A program made the translations under genes and the position numbers. Below the pieces are notes generated by a model. The model did no database searches, was not told where the DNA came from, and saw only the letters and a list, made by a program, of their open reading frames with translations. Below, piece by piece: positions 52,747-62,686 of a stretch of DNA of 64,000 nucleotides; the stretch's first letter is position 1; every line of letters begins with the position of its first letter. Location of the stretch: assembly GCA_963851415.1 (NCBI GenBank), contig CAWKPF010000003.1:2007695-2071694 (forward strand), given 5' to 3'. This stretch comes from an uncultured Acidobacteriota bacterium (lineage in GTDB: Bacteria; Acidobacteriota; Thermoanaerobaculia; Multivoradales; Multivoraceae).

Positions 52747-53780
52747 AGCTCGGTTTCCGCCTTGAGATCTCGACTCATCAGTTTCTCGACGGCCTCTCGC
52801 GGTGGCTTGTCGTGGTGAAGGACCTCCACCATCTGTTCGGTAATCGGCATTTCCACCCCTCGCTGGCGGGCCAGCTCGAGGATGGTCAGGGAGTTGCGTA
52901 CCCCTTCCGCCACCATCGAAGTCTCCGCAGTGATCTGTGCCAGCGTCTTGCCATGCGCCAGTTCCACTCCGGTCCGGCGGTTGCGCGACAGTCCTCCTGT
53001 GCAGGTCAAGACCAGATCACCGAGACCGGCGAGTCCGGAGAACGTTCGCTGATGGCCACCGCAGGACACTCCCAACCGCATGATCTCGTGCAGACCGCGC
53101 GTAATCAAGGCCGCCAGGGTATTCGACCCGTACTCGAGCCCGTCGACGCACCCCGCCGCGATCGCGATGACGTTCTTCGCCGTACCGCCCAGTTCGACCC
53201 CCACGACGTCCGAGGTCGAGTACAGCCTCAGATTGCCCCACGAGAAGAGGTCGCGGACCGACTCGGCCAGGCCCGGGTTCTCGGACGCCACGACGCAGGC
53301 CGTCGGGGCGCCCTGGGCCAGCTCGGCAGCGAAGGTCGGGCCGCTCAGGACGGCGAAGCGCACTTCGTGATTCACGGCCAGACCTTCCTCGAAACACACC
53401 TGGCTCATGCGAGCCAGGCTCTCCTGCTCGATACCCTTGGTGCCCGAAATGATGGTCAGGGCCTCGCTCTCCGGATGCCGCTCCGACCAGGGCCCCAGGA
53501 AAGCGCGCAGCACCGAGCGGAACCCGTGAGAAGGCACGACCACGAGCGTGGTCGTGCATTCGGCCAGGTCCTCCGCGTCGCTGGTCGGCTCGAGCAGCTC
53601 GGGGAAGACGGTGTCTGGAAGGTAGGCGGGATTGCGATGCTCACGAGCCATCGACCGAGCGAGCTCCTCGGAGCGCGCCCACAGCCGCACTCGGTGATTC
53701 GCTCGCGCCAGGTGAATTGCCAGCGCGGTGCCCCAGGATCCCGCTCCCAGCACTCCGAGAGCGCGACCGCTCGCGATCAA
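52743..53780 (-). CDS. gpsA: NAD(P)H-dependent glycerol-3-phosphate dehydrogenase
   Basis: [10 protein letters not shown] Rossmann motif and GpsA C-domain; 4-nt overlaps with plsY and guaA. Confidence 0.9.
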   Translation of the reverse strand: MIASGRALGVLGAGSWGTALAIHLARANHRVRLWARSEELARSMAREHRNPAYLPDTVFPELLEPTSDAEDLAECTTTLVVVPSHGFRSVLRAFLGPWSERHPESEALTIISGTKGIEQESLARMSQVCFEEGLAVNHEVRFAVLSGPTFAAELAQGAPTACVVASENPGLAESVRDLFSWGNLRLYSTSDVVGVELGGTAKNVIAIAAGCVDGLEYGSNTLAALITRGLHEIMRLGVSCGGHQRTFSGLAGLGDLVLTCTGGLSRNRRTGVELAHGKTLAQITAETSMVAEGVRNSLTILELARQRGVEMPITEQMVEVLHHDKPPREAVEKLMSRDLKAETEL

Positions 53781-54433
53781 GTCTCGGCCCTCCCCCCGGC
53801 ACCGGCCTCGGCTTTGACCGCCGAGCGCTGCCCCAGCTTCGGCTCAGTTCCCGACATCAGACGAGCAATGTTGTCACGGTGCTTGACCACGACCAGGGCG
53901 GCGATGGCGCTGGTCGCGACGAGCAGCGACATCGCCCGCTCCGGGGCGACCCAGCCCATCGCCCAGCCGATCCCGATCAGTGGCGGGACCATCACGGACG
54001 CGACGATCGAGCCGAGGGAAACCTGGCGTTTCCAGGCCACCAGAACAGCGAAGCCCAGGCCCGCCACGGCGGTAGCCCAGGGCACGAGGGCAAGCAGGGT
54101 TCCCGCGGCGGTCGCGACTCCCTTGCCCCCTTTGAACCCCATCCAGATCGGGTAGACGTGGCCGAGTACGGCCGCGACGCCGACCGCCGCGACGAACCCC
54201 GGGCCGGCTCCCAGCGCACGGGCCAGAACCACCGCCAGGGCGCCTTTCCCGATATCGAGCACCAGGGCAACCAGAGCGGGCCCCTTGCCGGCGGCCCGCA
54301 ACACGTTCGTCGCCCCGGCATTTCCACTGCCCACGGTGCGGATGTCGATGCCCTTCAGCAGCCGAACGATCAGATAGCTGAACGAGATCGAGCCCAACAG
54401 GTAGGCAGCCACGACCGGGACCCACGTGCTCAC
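53777..54433 (-). CDS. plsY: Glycerol-3-phosphate acyltransferase PlsY
   Basis: GSGNAGATNVLR and FKGGKGVAT motifs. Confidence 0.9.
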   Translation of the reverse strand: MSTWVPVVAAYLLGSISFSYLIVRLLKGIDIRTVGSGNAGATNVLRAAGKGPALVALVLDIGKGALAVVLARALGAGPGFVAAVGVAAVLGHVYPIWMGFKGGKGVATAAGTLLALVPWATAVAGLGFAVLVAWKRQVSLGSIVASVMVPPLIGIGWAMGWVAPERAMSLLVATSAIAALVVVKHRDNIARLMSGTEPKLGQRSAVKAEAGAGGRAET

Positions 54434-55041
54434 GGCGCTCTCCCTCCCAGGTAGAGGTCCGCCAACGAGTGGTAGCGCGCCCCTTCGGGGCGAAGCTCAC
54501 TCTCGATGAGGGTCAGGCGATCGATGCGAAACCGTGACCCTGCGATCGAGCGGAAGTGCTCTCGGCAGCTCTCGACATCCCTTCGCGACCACAGCTCTCG
54601 GCAGCGGGCGACGGTCAAGTGCGGATGAAAGGCTCGGCGTTCCCCTTCGAGACCGATCTCCCGCGTCAGCATCCGATCGAGCTCGGCCTGCAGCTGCGAG
54701 AGCTCGGGAGGAGCGTCGAGACCGAGCCAGAGCACGCGGGGTTTGCCGCGCGCCGGGAAGGCTCCCAGTCCCTCCATGGCGACCTCCATCGGGGAGTGAG
54801 CCGACACGATCTCGGCCAGGTGCTCCGGTAGCCGGCCGGTCATGGATTCCGGCTGCGAGCCCAGGAAGCGGAGCGTGCAGTGCAACCGACTCGCTTCCGC
54901 CTCCGTGGACCGCACCCACCGTGCTCTGGGGAGCTCGGCGGCCGATGCCTGCGCGATCGCGTGATCGACTCGCGCCGCGAGGGCCTCGGGCGGCCCGAAA
55001 GCGACGAACAAACGTCGGCTCGAAGGAGACGAGTCGATCAA
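54430..55041 (-). CDS. thpR: RNA 2',3'-cyclic phosphodiesterase (2H family, ThpR/LigT-like)
   Basis: Two HxT motifs (LHCTLRFLG and HPHLTVAR). Confidence 0.8.
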   Translation of the reverse strand: MIDSSPSSRRLFVAFGPPEALAARVDHAIAQASAAELPRARWVRSTEAEASRLHCTLRFLGSQPESMTGRLPEHLAEIVSAHSPMEVAMEGLGAFPARGKPRVLWLGLDAPPELSQLQAELDRMLTREIGLEGERRAFHPHLTVARCRELWSRRDVESCREHFRSIAGSRFRIDRLTLIESELRPEGARYHSLADLYLGGRAP

Positions 55042-56369
55042 CGCGTGTCCTCCCGTGAAGCCTCTCGCCCCTCCTCGGCCGAGATCGGGTCGCTCTGCTC
55101 GACCCAGAGGCGCGGCGGAGGATAACCCGACAAGCGTCGCCGCAGCCAGTCCAGGGCGAGCTGGGTCGACATCCAGCGGACGACGTCGCGACCTCCGGGA
55201 AAGAGAGCCCGAAGCCAGCGTTCCTCTTCCTCGGGCCCCGCCAGCCCGAGGAAGACAGTCCCGACCGGCTTACCGGGCACGTCCCCCCCGGGGCCCGCGA
55301 TCCCCGATACCGAGAGTGCCCAATCGCCGCCCAGGCGGGTGCGGGCCCCCCGTGCCATCGCGCACACGACCTCACTGGACACCGCACCCACCGAATCGAA
55401 CAGCGCCGGATCGACCCCGAGAAGGTCCGACTTGAGCTCGTTGGTGTAGGTCACCGCCCCGCCGAGAAACCAGGCACTCGAGCCGGCCACCCGGGTCACT
55501 CTCTGGGAGATCCACCCTCCGGTACACGACTCGGCGGTGGCCAGCGTGTGGCCGCGCTCGTGCAACAGGTCGCCGACGACCTGCTCGAGATCGCGCCCAT
55601 CCCCTGGATCGAACACCGCGTCTCCCAGGAGCTCGAGCACCAGCAGGCGGAGCCGCTCGTGGAGCTCGGGTCGCGCCGACGGAGTCTTCAATCGCACGCG
55701 AATCTCGCCGGGACGGGCCAGGAGAGCGATTGCCTCTCGGCCCACACCCTCGTCCACGGCCTCCTCGTAGAGGGGGTCGAGCAGCTCCTCGACGCGAGAC
55801 TCGGAGAGGCACGCCACCCGCATCTCGACCGTGTCGAAGGCCAGTTCGGGCGTTCCGTGTGTCTGGAGCCACGGCTCGAGGTAGCGCTCGACCAGCCCCT
55901 CCAACTCGCGCGGGACGCCTGGAAGCAGGAACAGCGTGACCCCTTTGTGCTCCAAACGAAGGCCCGGTGCGGTTCCGCGCTCGTTGTCGAGCACCATCGA
56001 GCCCTCGATCACGTCGGCTTGCTGCTTGTTGGTCTCGGGAACGCGGCGAGCGTAGCGCTTGTAGCGCTCCTCGATTCTGCGCAGCACCTCCGGGTCACGA
56101 GCCACCGAGCGCTCGACGAACCGAGCCACGGCTTCCCGCGTCAGGTCGTCACGAGTCGGTCCGAGTCCACCGCCAACGAGGACCAGCTCGGCCACCGCAG
56201 TCGCCGCACGGAGCTCGTGGACCAGGGCGTCCTCGTCGTCCGGCACAGCAGACTTGCGCACCAGCTCGACCCCGTGCCGTGCGAGCGTAGCCGCCAGGGC
56301 GAGCGAGTTGGTGTCGAGGCGATCCGTGCCGAGCAGCTCGGAGCCCACGGCAATGATGGCAGCCTTCAC
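55038..56369 (-). CDS. cinA: CinA-family protein (MoCF-like N-domain + nicotinamide-nucleotide amidohydrolase PncC C-domain)
   Basis: MKAAIIAVGSELL...GGLGPTRDD N-domain and ATAESCTGG C-domain. Confidence 0.85.
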   Translation of the reverse strand: MKAAIIAVGSELLGTDRLDTNSLALAATLARHGVELVRKSAVPDDEDALVHELRAATAVAELVLVGGGLGPTRDDLTREAVARFVERSVARDPEVLRRIEERYKRYARRVPETNKQQADVIEGSMVLDNERGTAPGLRLEHKGVTLFLLPGVPRELEGLVERYLEPWLQTHGTPELAFDTVEMRVACLSESRVEELLDPLYEEAVDEGVGREAIALLARPGEIRVRLKTPSARPELHERLRLLVLELLGDAVFDPGDGRDLEQVVGDLLHERGHTLATAESCTGGWISQRVTRVAGSSAWFLGGAVTYTNELKSDLLGVDPALFDSVGAVSSEVVCAMARGARTRLGGDWALSVSGIAGPGGDVPGKPVGTVFLGLAGPEEEERWLRALFPGGRDVVRWMSTQLALDWLRRRLSGYPPPRLWVEQSDPISAEEGREASREDTR

Positions 56370-56408
56370 GTCTCGACCGCCGGGCGATTCGACCGACTCT
56401 CGGTTCCG

Positions 56409-57719
56409 TCAGCCAATCCCTGAGCTCTCCAAGGTCGCCAAGATGATGCAGTCCGCGAGCAGCTCGCTCGCCCGCCGCACCTCATCGACAGGCGGCAGAC
56501 TCGGCGCCAGCCGCAAGTTGCGGTCGTGCGGATCGCGGCCATGGGGGAAGGTGGCCCCGGCGGGCGTCAACTTCACCCCCGCCGCCGCCGCCAGCTCGAC
56601 CACACGACGCGCACAGCCGGGTTGCGTGTCGAGCGAAACGAAGTACCCACCCTTCGGCTGGGTCCAGACCGCGATGGCGAGTGCACCGAGCCGGTGTTGG
56701 AGTACCTCTTCGACGACGTCGAACTTGGGGCGCAGAATCGCCGCGTGCCGCTCCATCAGGGCGTCCACCCCCGCGAGGTCGCGCAGGAACCGGACATGAC
56801 GGAGCTGGTTGAGCTTGTCGGGACCGATCGTCTGGATCGAGCGCGCCTGCACGAAAAAGTCCCGGTTGGCTGGGCTGGTCGCAACGACCGAGACCCCTGC
56901 TCCGCCGTAGGTGACCTTTGACGTGGAAGAGAAGACGAAGAACCGATCCGGGTTGCCGGCATGCTCGGCCTCGTCGAGCGCGTTGCGCAAGGGCGGCACG
57001 CCTTCCCCGAGATGATGGCGGGCGTAGGCGTCGTCCCAGAGAATCCGAAAGTCGGAGGCAGCGGTGGGCATCGCCGCCAGGCGCTCGACGGTCTCGTCGG
57101 AGTACGTTTCCCCCGTCGGATTGCTGAACCGAGGGACGCAGAACATCCCCTTGATCGCAGGGTCTTCGGCCACTCGCCTTTCCACTTCCTCCATGTCCGG
57201 ACCCTGACCGGTCAGGGCGATCGGGATCATTTCGATCCCGTAGCGATCGAGGATCGCGAAGTGTCGGTCATAGCCGGGGCAGGGGCAGAGGAAACGGACC
57301 TGCTCCGCGACCGAACGACGCCACGGACCATCGCCACCGGGCACTCCGACGAGCAACGCCTGCACGATCACGTCGTGTTGCAGCTCGAGACTCGCGTTGC
57401 CGCCGATCACGATCTGATCCGGTCGCACTCCCAGGAAATCGGCGAACAAGGCTCGGGCCTCGGGCAGGCCAACGACCTCCCCGTAGTTGCGGCAGTCGAG
57501 GCCGTGAGCCGAGCGGTAGCTGTCCGAGTCGACGGCTTCGAGCAGGCCACGGCTCAGGTCGAGCTGTTCGGGAGACGGCTTGCCCCGCGTCATGTCCAGG
57601 GACAGTCCCAGTTCACATTCCCGGCGATAGCGTTCCCGGACCTCGCGCGCGAGCAATCGCCGCGCCGCGAGATCCAGCTCTTCGAGACTTCCCCCCGTCT
57701 CGACCGATGTCGATGTCAC
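56409..57719 (-). CDS. PLP-dependent aminotransferase, class I/II fold
   Basis: Fold-type I aminotransferase layout with a candidate PLP lysine in SSTSKVTYGG; substrate not assignable. Confidence 0.6.
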   Translation of the reverse strand: MTSTSVETGGSLEELDLAARRLLAREVRERYRRECELGLSLDMTRGKPSPEQLDLSRGLLEAVDSDSYRSAHGLDCRNYGEVVGLPEARALFADFLGVRPDQIVIGGNASLELQHDVIVQALLVGVPGGDGPWRRSVAEQVRFLCPCPGYDRHFAILDRYGIEMIPIALTGQGPDMEEVERRVAEDPAIKGMFCVPRFSNPTGETYSDETVERLAAMPTAASDFRILWDDAYARHHLGEGVPPLRNALDEAEHAGNPDRFFVFSSTSKVTYGGAGVSVVATSPANRDFFVQARSIQTIGPDKLNQLRHVRFLRDLAGVDALMERHAAILRPKFDVVEEVLQHRLGALAIAVWTQPKGGYFVSLDTQPGCARRVVELAAAAGVKLTPAGATFPHGRDPHDRNLRLAPSLPPVDEVRRASELLADCIILATLESSGIG

Positions 57720-58888
57720 CTTCCTGCTCCGGAGCTTCCCGCGCCGCCTCGATAGGACAAACGGTAGAGGACATTCTGTAGGTCGTCGGAGATCAGCAGG
57801 GAACCGTCCGGGAGCTCCATCACGTCCGCGGGCCTTCCCCAGGCCTTCTTTCCCTGGAGCCAGCCCTCCACGAGCGTCTCGTAGTCAGTGGCCTGACCGG
57901 AATCGTCCAGATGCACGACCTTGATCCGATAGCCGATGGGCTCGGACCGGTTCCAGGAGCCGTGCTCGGCGATGAAGACCTGCCCCCTGTAGCGCCCGGG
58001 AAACATCGCTCCGCGGTAGAACCGCATTCCGATCGCTGCCACGTGGGGGTCGAGCGCCTTCACCGGCTGGGTCACGTCCGCGCAATCACCGCGATCTCCG
58101 AACTCCGGATCCACCAGGTTGCCGGCATGACAGAACGGGAAACCGAAGTGCAGTCCCTTCTTCGGGGCGCGGTTGAGCTCGTCCGGAGGCAGGTCGTCTC
58201 CGAGCATGTCCCTTCCGTTGTCGGTGAACCAGAGGTCTCCGGTCTCGGGGTGCCAATCGAACCCCACCGTGTTGCGCACTCCCCGGGCGAAGACCTCGTA
58301 CTCGCCGGTCTCCGGATCCATCTCCAGGATCGTGGCAAAGGGATCCTCGACGTCACAGACGTTGCAGGGTGCCCCGACCTGGAGGAACAAGGATCCCGTC
58401 GGCGAGAAGGCGATGAACTTCCAGCCGTGGTGGCGCTCCTCGGGCAGACTCCCGTTCACCACCACCGGCTGCGGCGGATTGTCGAGACGACTGTCGATGT
58501 CGTCGTAGCGCAGAATCCGGTTGACCTCGGCAACGTAGAGACTGCCGTCCCGAAAGGCGACGCCACTCGGCATGTTGAGATCCCAGGCGATCTCGACCAC
58601 CCGACGCCGACCTCCTTCGTCGACCACGGCATGGACGAGCCCCTTCTGGCGGCTCCCCACGTAGACCGTGCCCGACGGGCTCCTCGCCATGCCGCGCGCG
58701 TTCACCACACCGTCGGCCCAGATCTCGATCTCGAAGCCGTCGGCGAGCTCGAGAGCGTTCATCTGGCGCTCGGGCTGAGCGGCCGCCGGGCCACAGGCCA
58801 GCACCAGCGTTCCGATCAGAGTCGTGAGCAAGGCGCCCCGAATCCGCCGGCCGCGAGCACTGGAACGGAGCGGGGTCGTTCGAATCAT
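57716..58888 (-). CDS. PQQ-dependent sugar (aldose/sorbosone) dehydrogenase, beta-propeller, secreted
   Basis: Signal peptide, then a soluble glucose/sorbosone-dehydrogenase-like propeller (GLHFGFPFCHAGN, NRSEPIGYRI); the track ORF's 5' extension is spurious. Confidence 0.75.
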   Translation of the reverse strand: MIRTTPLRSSARGRRIRGALLTTLIGTLVLACGPAAAQPERQMNALELADGFEIEIWADGVVNARGMARSPSGTVYVGSRQKGLVHAVVDEGGRRRVVEIAWDLNMPSGVAFRDGSLYVAEVNRILRYDDIDSRLDNPPQPVVVNGSLPEERHHGWKFIAFSPTGSLFLQVGAPCNVCDVEDPFATILEMDPETGEYEVFARGVRNTVGFDWHPETGDLWFTDNGRDMLGDDLPPDELNRAPKKGLHFGFPFCHAGNLVDPEFGDRGDCADVTQPVKALDPHVAAIGMRFYRGAMFPGRYRGQVFIAEHGSWNRSEPIGYRIKVVHLDDSGQATDYETLVEGWLQGKKAWGRPADVMELPDGSLLISDDLQNVLYRLSYRGGAGSSGAGR

Positions 58889-58968
58889 CACTGGAAGGAT
58901 CTCCTTGGAGGTGCAGGATGCCGGAGCCCCGCGCTGCCTTCGGGGAGATCCCCGGTCTCGGCCTTCCA

Positions 58969-59868
58969 TCAGATCAGAATGGCGGCGACTCCAAGAGCCA
59001 TCATAGCAACGCCGACGACCTTCCATCGATCGAGGGACTCTCCGAAGAAGCGTGCCCCGAAGACCAGCGCGGCGACACTGCCGAGACCTCGCTTCAACGT
59101 CTCCACGAGCCCCGCCAGGACGCTCTCCAGGGCGAGCAGCTGAAGGCCGAGAGCGGCGGCGCCGCACAGTACGGCCAGTGCAATCAGCGGCAGGTTGGCC
59201 CGTACCTCGGTCAGTCCCTTCCGGTTCTCGCCGAACGCGAGCAACGGCAGGGCGCCGAGCAGCACTCCGATGTGAAGGATCAACCCGTGGAACGGCGGCG
59301 CCGACGCGTCGATCGCGAGTTTGTCGAGCGGCAGCGTGAGGGACCAGAGCAGCGCCACGAGCATCATCCAGAGGCCGCCGCGCTCCCTCAGGAGCACCCT
59401 CGGGCTGAGCCGACGCCAAGAGCCCAGCCCCCGGGACCCTTCTCCAGTCTCTCCTCCCGCGGCCTGCAGCTGCAGCGCGCCGCCCACCACCAGGAGAACG
59501 CCCAGCCACTGGCGGTCCGTGGGCAACTGACCGAGGAGAGGAATCGAGAGCAGCGAGGCGAACACCGGGGTCAGGGAGAGGAGCGGAATCGTCGCACCCA
59601 GGCCGGAAAGCCGCATCGCGTGAAGGAAGCCGAGGTTCGCCGCCACGTTCACGAGGGCCGAGCCCACTCCGGGGAGAACATAGCCAGGCGCCACCTCGAT
59701 CGGCCAGCTGAGCACTGTCCAGAGCGCGAAGATCGGCAGGGCCCCGGCGACCAGGGCGAGGAGGAGTGGAACCACCGCGACCCGGTCCGTGAGCAGCCGG
59801 CGCAAGAGATCGAGCACTGCAAAGCCCCCGGCGGCTCCGAGAATGGTGAGAAGATCGAGCGGGCTCAT
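58969..59868 (-). CDS. EamA/DMT family transporter
   Basis: 10-TM protein with duplicated EamA halves. Confidence 0.8.
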   Translation of the reverse strand: MSPLDLLTILGAAGGFAVLDLLRRLLTDRVAVVPLLLALVAGALPIFALWTVLSWPIEVAPGYVLPGVGSALVNVAANLGFLHAMRLSGLGATIPLLSLTPVFASLLSIPLLGQLPTDRQWLGVLLVVGGALQLQAAGGETGEGSRGLGSWRRLSPRVLLRERGGLWMMLVALLWSLTLPLDKLAIDASAPPFHGLILHIGVLLGALPLLAFGENRKGLTEVRANLPLIALAVLCGAAALGLQLLALESVLAGLVETLKRGLGSVAALVFGARFFGESLDRWKVVGVAMMALGVAAILI

Positions 59869-59914
59869 GACGACCTTGATAAACTCGTATAGTTAGGAAT
59901 TGTTCGCCTGACCT

Positions 59915-59947
59915 GGCTTCGACCCCAGAACCGCTTCGACCCCCAGA
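59915..59947 (+). repeat. Tandem direct repeat, two adjacent copies of GCTTCGACCCCAGAAC (17-nt period), in the gspE leader
   Basis: gGCTTCGACCCCAGAACcGCTTCGACCCCAGAACa, 20 nt upstream of the gspE ATG, in the divergent EamA/gspE intergenic region. Confidence 0.6.
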
Positions 59948-59966
59948 ACAGCCCCGGTCCTTTCCC

Positions 59967-61727
59967 ATGCTGACCGCCGATACCCTCGCCAAAGCCCTCG
60001 TCAAGACCGGCCGGATCTCGCCGGAGGATGGCACCCTCCTGGTGAAGGAAGCGCGCCAGGCCCCCCGGCGCACCCCCGGCCAACGCAACTACGAACAGGC
60101 GTCTTTTGCCTACAACCTCGTCGAGCGGATGCAGTTTCGCAATCTGCTCAACGGTGGCGGGCCGCTCGCGGAGCGCGACGTGGCGCAGGCGATCGCCGAG
60201 TTTGCCGGACTCGACTCGATCAAGATCGACCCTCTCGAGCTCAATGCCGATCTCATCGAATCGAAGATCTCGCGCCCGTTTGCGCTGCGTCATCGCATGC
60301 TTCCGCTCTCCATGTCGGGTGGAAAGCTCCAGGTGGCCTGCGCCGATCCTCACGATCTCGAGGCGATCGACTCGTTCAAGCGCATTGTAGGCCGCGATCT
60401 CCAACTCGTGGTGGCTTCGGAGCCCGACATCCTGCGCGCCATCACCGAGTTCTACGGACTGCGCTCCTCGGTAAAGAAGGCGGAGCGCGACCTGCGCGGC
60501 GGGATCGATCTCGGCAACCTCGAGCAACTCGTTCAGATGAAGAGCGAGAACGAGATCGAGTCGAGCGATCAGCACATCGTCAACGCGGTCGAGTTCATGC
60601 TCCAGCACGCGTACGACACCCGGGCGAGTGACATCCACATCGAGCCCAAGCGCCAGGAGAGCCTGATCCGCTTCCGGATCGACGGCGTGCTCCATGATAT
60701 CCAGCGAATGCCGAAGGTCGTTCACCGGGCAGTGGTCAGCCGCTTGAAGACCATGTCGCGCCTCGACATTGCCGAGAAGCGAAGGCCCCAGGACGGCCGC
60801 GTCAAGACCTCGCGCAAGGGCCAGGAGGTCGAGCTTCGCGTGTCGACGTTGCCCGTCGCCTTCGGCGAGAAGGTGGTCATGCGCATCTTCGACCCCGACA
60901 ACTTCATGAAGGATCTGGAGCACCTCGGCTTCTACCCGGAAGAGGAAGCCGTGTTCGCCGACTTCATCTCGCGACCCCACGGCATCATCCTCGTCACCGG
61001 GCCCACGGGCTCTGGTAAGAGCACCACCCTCTACTCCGCCCTCGACCGAATCGCGAACAGCGAGATCAACGTCACCACGATCGAGGACCCGATCGAAATG
61101 GTGCACGAGAACTTCAACCAGACTGCGGTGCAAGCCAAGGCCGGGGTCAACTTCGCCGAGGCACTGCGCCACATTCTGCGCCAGGATCCCGATGTCATCA
61201 TGGTGGGCGAGATCCGTGACCACGAAACCGCCCAGTACGCGATCCAGGCGGCGCTCACCGGCCACCTCGTGCTCTCGACGCTCCACACCAACGATGCCGC
61301 GTCGTCCATCACCCGATTGGTCGACCTCGGCATCGAGCCGTTCATGATCGCCTCGACGCTCCTCGGAACCATGGCGCAGCGCCTGGTTCGCAAGAACTGC
61401 GCTCACTGCCTGCAGGACGAGGTGGTGACCCCGGAACAGGCTCGCCTGCTCAACCTCTCGGTGCCCGCCGGTAAGAGCGTGCAGGTGAAGCGCGGCAAGG
61501 GCTGCACCGAGTGCCGGGGCACCGGCTACTACGGTCGCTCGGGCATCTTCGAGATCCTGCCCGTGGACGACGCCATCAAACCCCTCGTGCTGGAAGGGGC
61601 AGACGGTCCTCGGATCAAGCGGGAGGCGACCAAGAACGGGATGCGGACGTTGCGCCAGAGCGCGCTGCGCAAGCTGGCCGAGGGCGTCACCTCGGTGGAA
61701 GAGGTGCTTCGGGTGACGGCCCTCTAG
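59967..61727 (+). CDS. gspE: Type II secretion / type IV pilus assembly ATPase (GspE/PilB family)
   Basis: Walker A GPTGSGKST, Asp box, His box and the tetracysteine motif CAHC...CTEC. Confidence 0.85.
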   Translation: MLTADTLAKALVKTGRISPEDGTLLVKEARQAPRRTPGQRNYEQASFAYNLVERMQFRNLLNGGGPLAERDVAQAIAEFAGLDSIKIDPLELNADLIESKISRPFALRHRMLPLSMSGGKLQVACADPHDLEAIDSFKRIVGRDLQLVVASEPDILRAITEFYGLRSSVKKAERDLRGGIDLGNLEQLVQMKSENEIESSDQHIVNAVEFMLQHAYDTRASDIHIEPKRQESLIRFRIDGVLHDIQRMPKVVHRAVVSRLKTMSRLDIAEKRRPQDGRVKTSRKGQEVELRVSTLPVAFGEKVVMRIFDPDNFMKDLEHLGFYPEEEAVFADFISRPHGIILVTGPTGSGKSTTLYSALDRIANSEINVTTIEDPIEMVHENFNQTAVQAKAGVNFAEALRHILRQDPDVIMVGEIRDHETAQYAIQAALTGHLVLSTLHTNDAASSITRLVDLGIEPFMIASTLLGTMAQRLVRKNCAHCLQDEVVTPEQARLLNLSVPAGKSVQVKRGKGCTECRGTGYYGRSGIFEILPVDDAIKPLVLEGADGPRIKREATKNGMRTLRQSALRKLAEGVTSVEEVLRVTAL

Positions 61728-61868
61728 GTTCGCTTCCCGGGCCTTCGGAGGCTCGTGCCTCGAGAGTGCCGCCCCGACGCTGGGGGGGCTGGGGAGTGTT
61801 GGCCTGGGGAGAGGTGGGCTCGGGGAGTGTAGAGTGGCCGGACCGACCGGACTCAGGAGAGGGATGCC

Positions 61869-62666
61869 ATGGCGAAGGAAGAAGCGGTTCTGCAGGGGCA
61901 CGGCCTGCTGACGGGTAAGAAGGGACTGATCGTGGGAGTGGCCAACAAGCGCTCGATCGCCTGGGGAATCGCGCGGCGCGCTCACGCCGAGGGGGCGCAG
62001 CTGGCCTTCACCTACCAGGCGGAGCCCCTGCTGCGCAGGGTGCGACCGCTGGCCGAGAGTCTCGACGCCCCGCTTCTCGAGCCCCTCGACGTGACGGACG
62101 ACGCACAGATCGGGGCGCTCTTCTCGAAGGTGGAGTCCGAGTGGGGAAAGCTGGACTTCCTCGTGCATTCGGTGGCGTTCGCGGATCGCGAGGATCTGGC
62201 GGGGCGCACCGTGGACACGTCCCGCAAGGGCTTCTCGATGGCGATGGAGATCAGTGCCTACTCCCTCATCGCGCTCACCCGCGCGGCCGAGCCGCTGATG
62301 ACGGACGGCGGCAGCGTCGTCACCATGACCTATCTCGGCGCGGTCAAGGCCGTCCCCGCCTACAACGTCATGGGCATCGCCAAGGCGGCCCTCGAGGCCA
62401 GTGTGCGCTACCTGGCCGCCGACCTCGGCGAGAAGAACATCCGGGTCAACGGCCTCTCGGCCGGTCCGATCAAGACCCTCGCAGCGGCCGGCGTGGCCGG
62501 CTTCCGGAGCATGCTCTCGCAGGCTCCAGAGCGGGCTCCGCTGCGCCGCAACGTCGACACCGACGACGTCGGGAGCTCTGCTGCCTATCTGCTCTCCGAT
62601 CTCTCCGCTGGGGTCACCGGTGAGATCCACTACGTCGACGCCGGATTCTCCATCACGGCAATGTAG
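61869..62666 (+). CDS. fabI: Enoyl-[acyl-carrier-protein] reductase (NADH), FabI
   Basis: [13 protein letters not shown] cofactor motif and the catalytic Y...K region ([12 protein letters not shown]). Confidence 0.9.
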   Translation: MAKEEAVLQGHGLLTGKKGLIVGVANKRSIAWGIARRAHAEGAQLAFTYQAEPLLRRVRPLAESLDAPLLEPLDVTDDAQIGALFSKVESEWGKLDFLVHSVAFADREDLAGRTVDTSRKGFSMAMEISAYSLIALTRAAEPLMTDGGSVVTMTYLGAVKAVPAYNVMGIAKAALEASVRYLAADLGEKNIRVNGLSAGPIKTLAAAGVAGFRSMLSQAPERAPLRRNVDTDDVGSSAAYLLSDLSAGVTGEIHYVDAGFSITAM

Positions 62667-62686
62667 GCGCTATCTCGGCGACGACC

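Noticed and set aside
49454-54155. Series of long plus-strand ORFs (504, 581 and 447 aa) opposite ade, guaA, gpsA and plsY
   Set aside because: Antisense artefacts. The minus-strand genes are unambiguous conserved enzymes with 4-nt coupled junctions.
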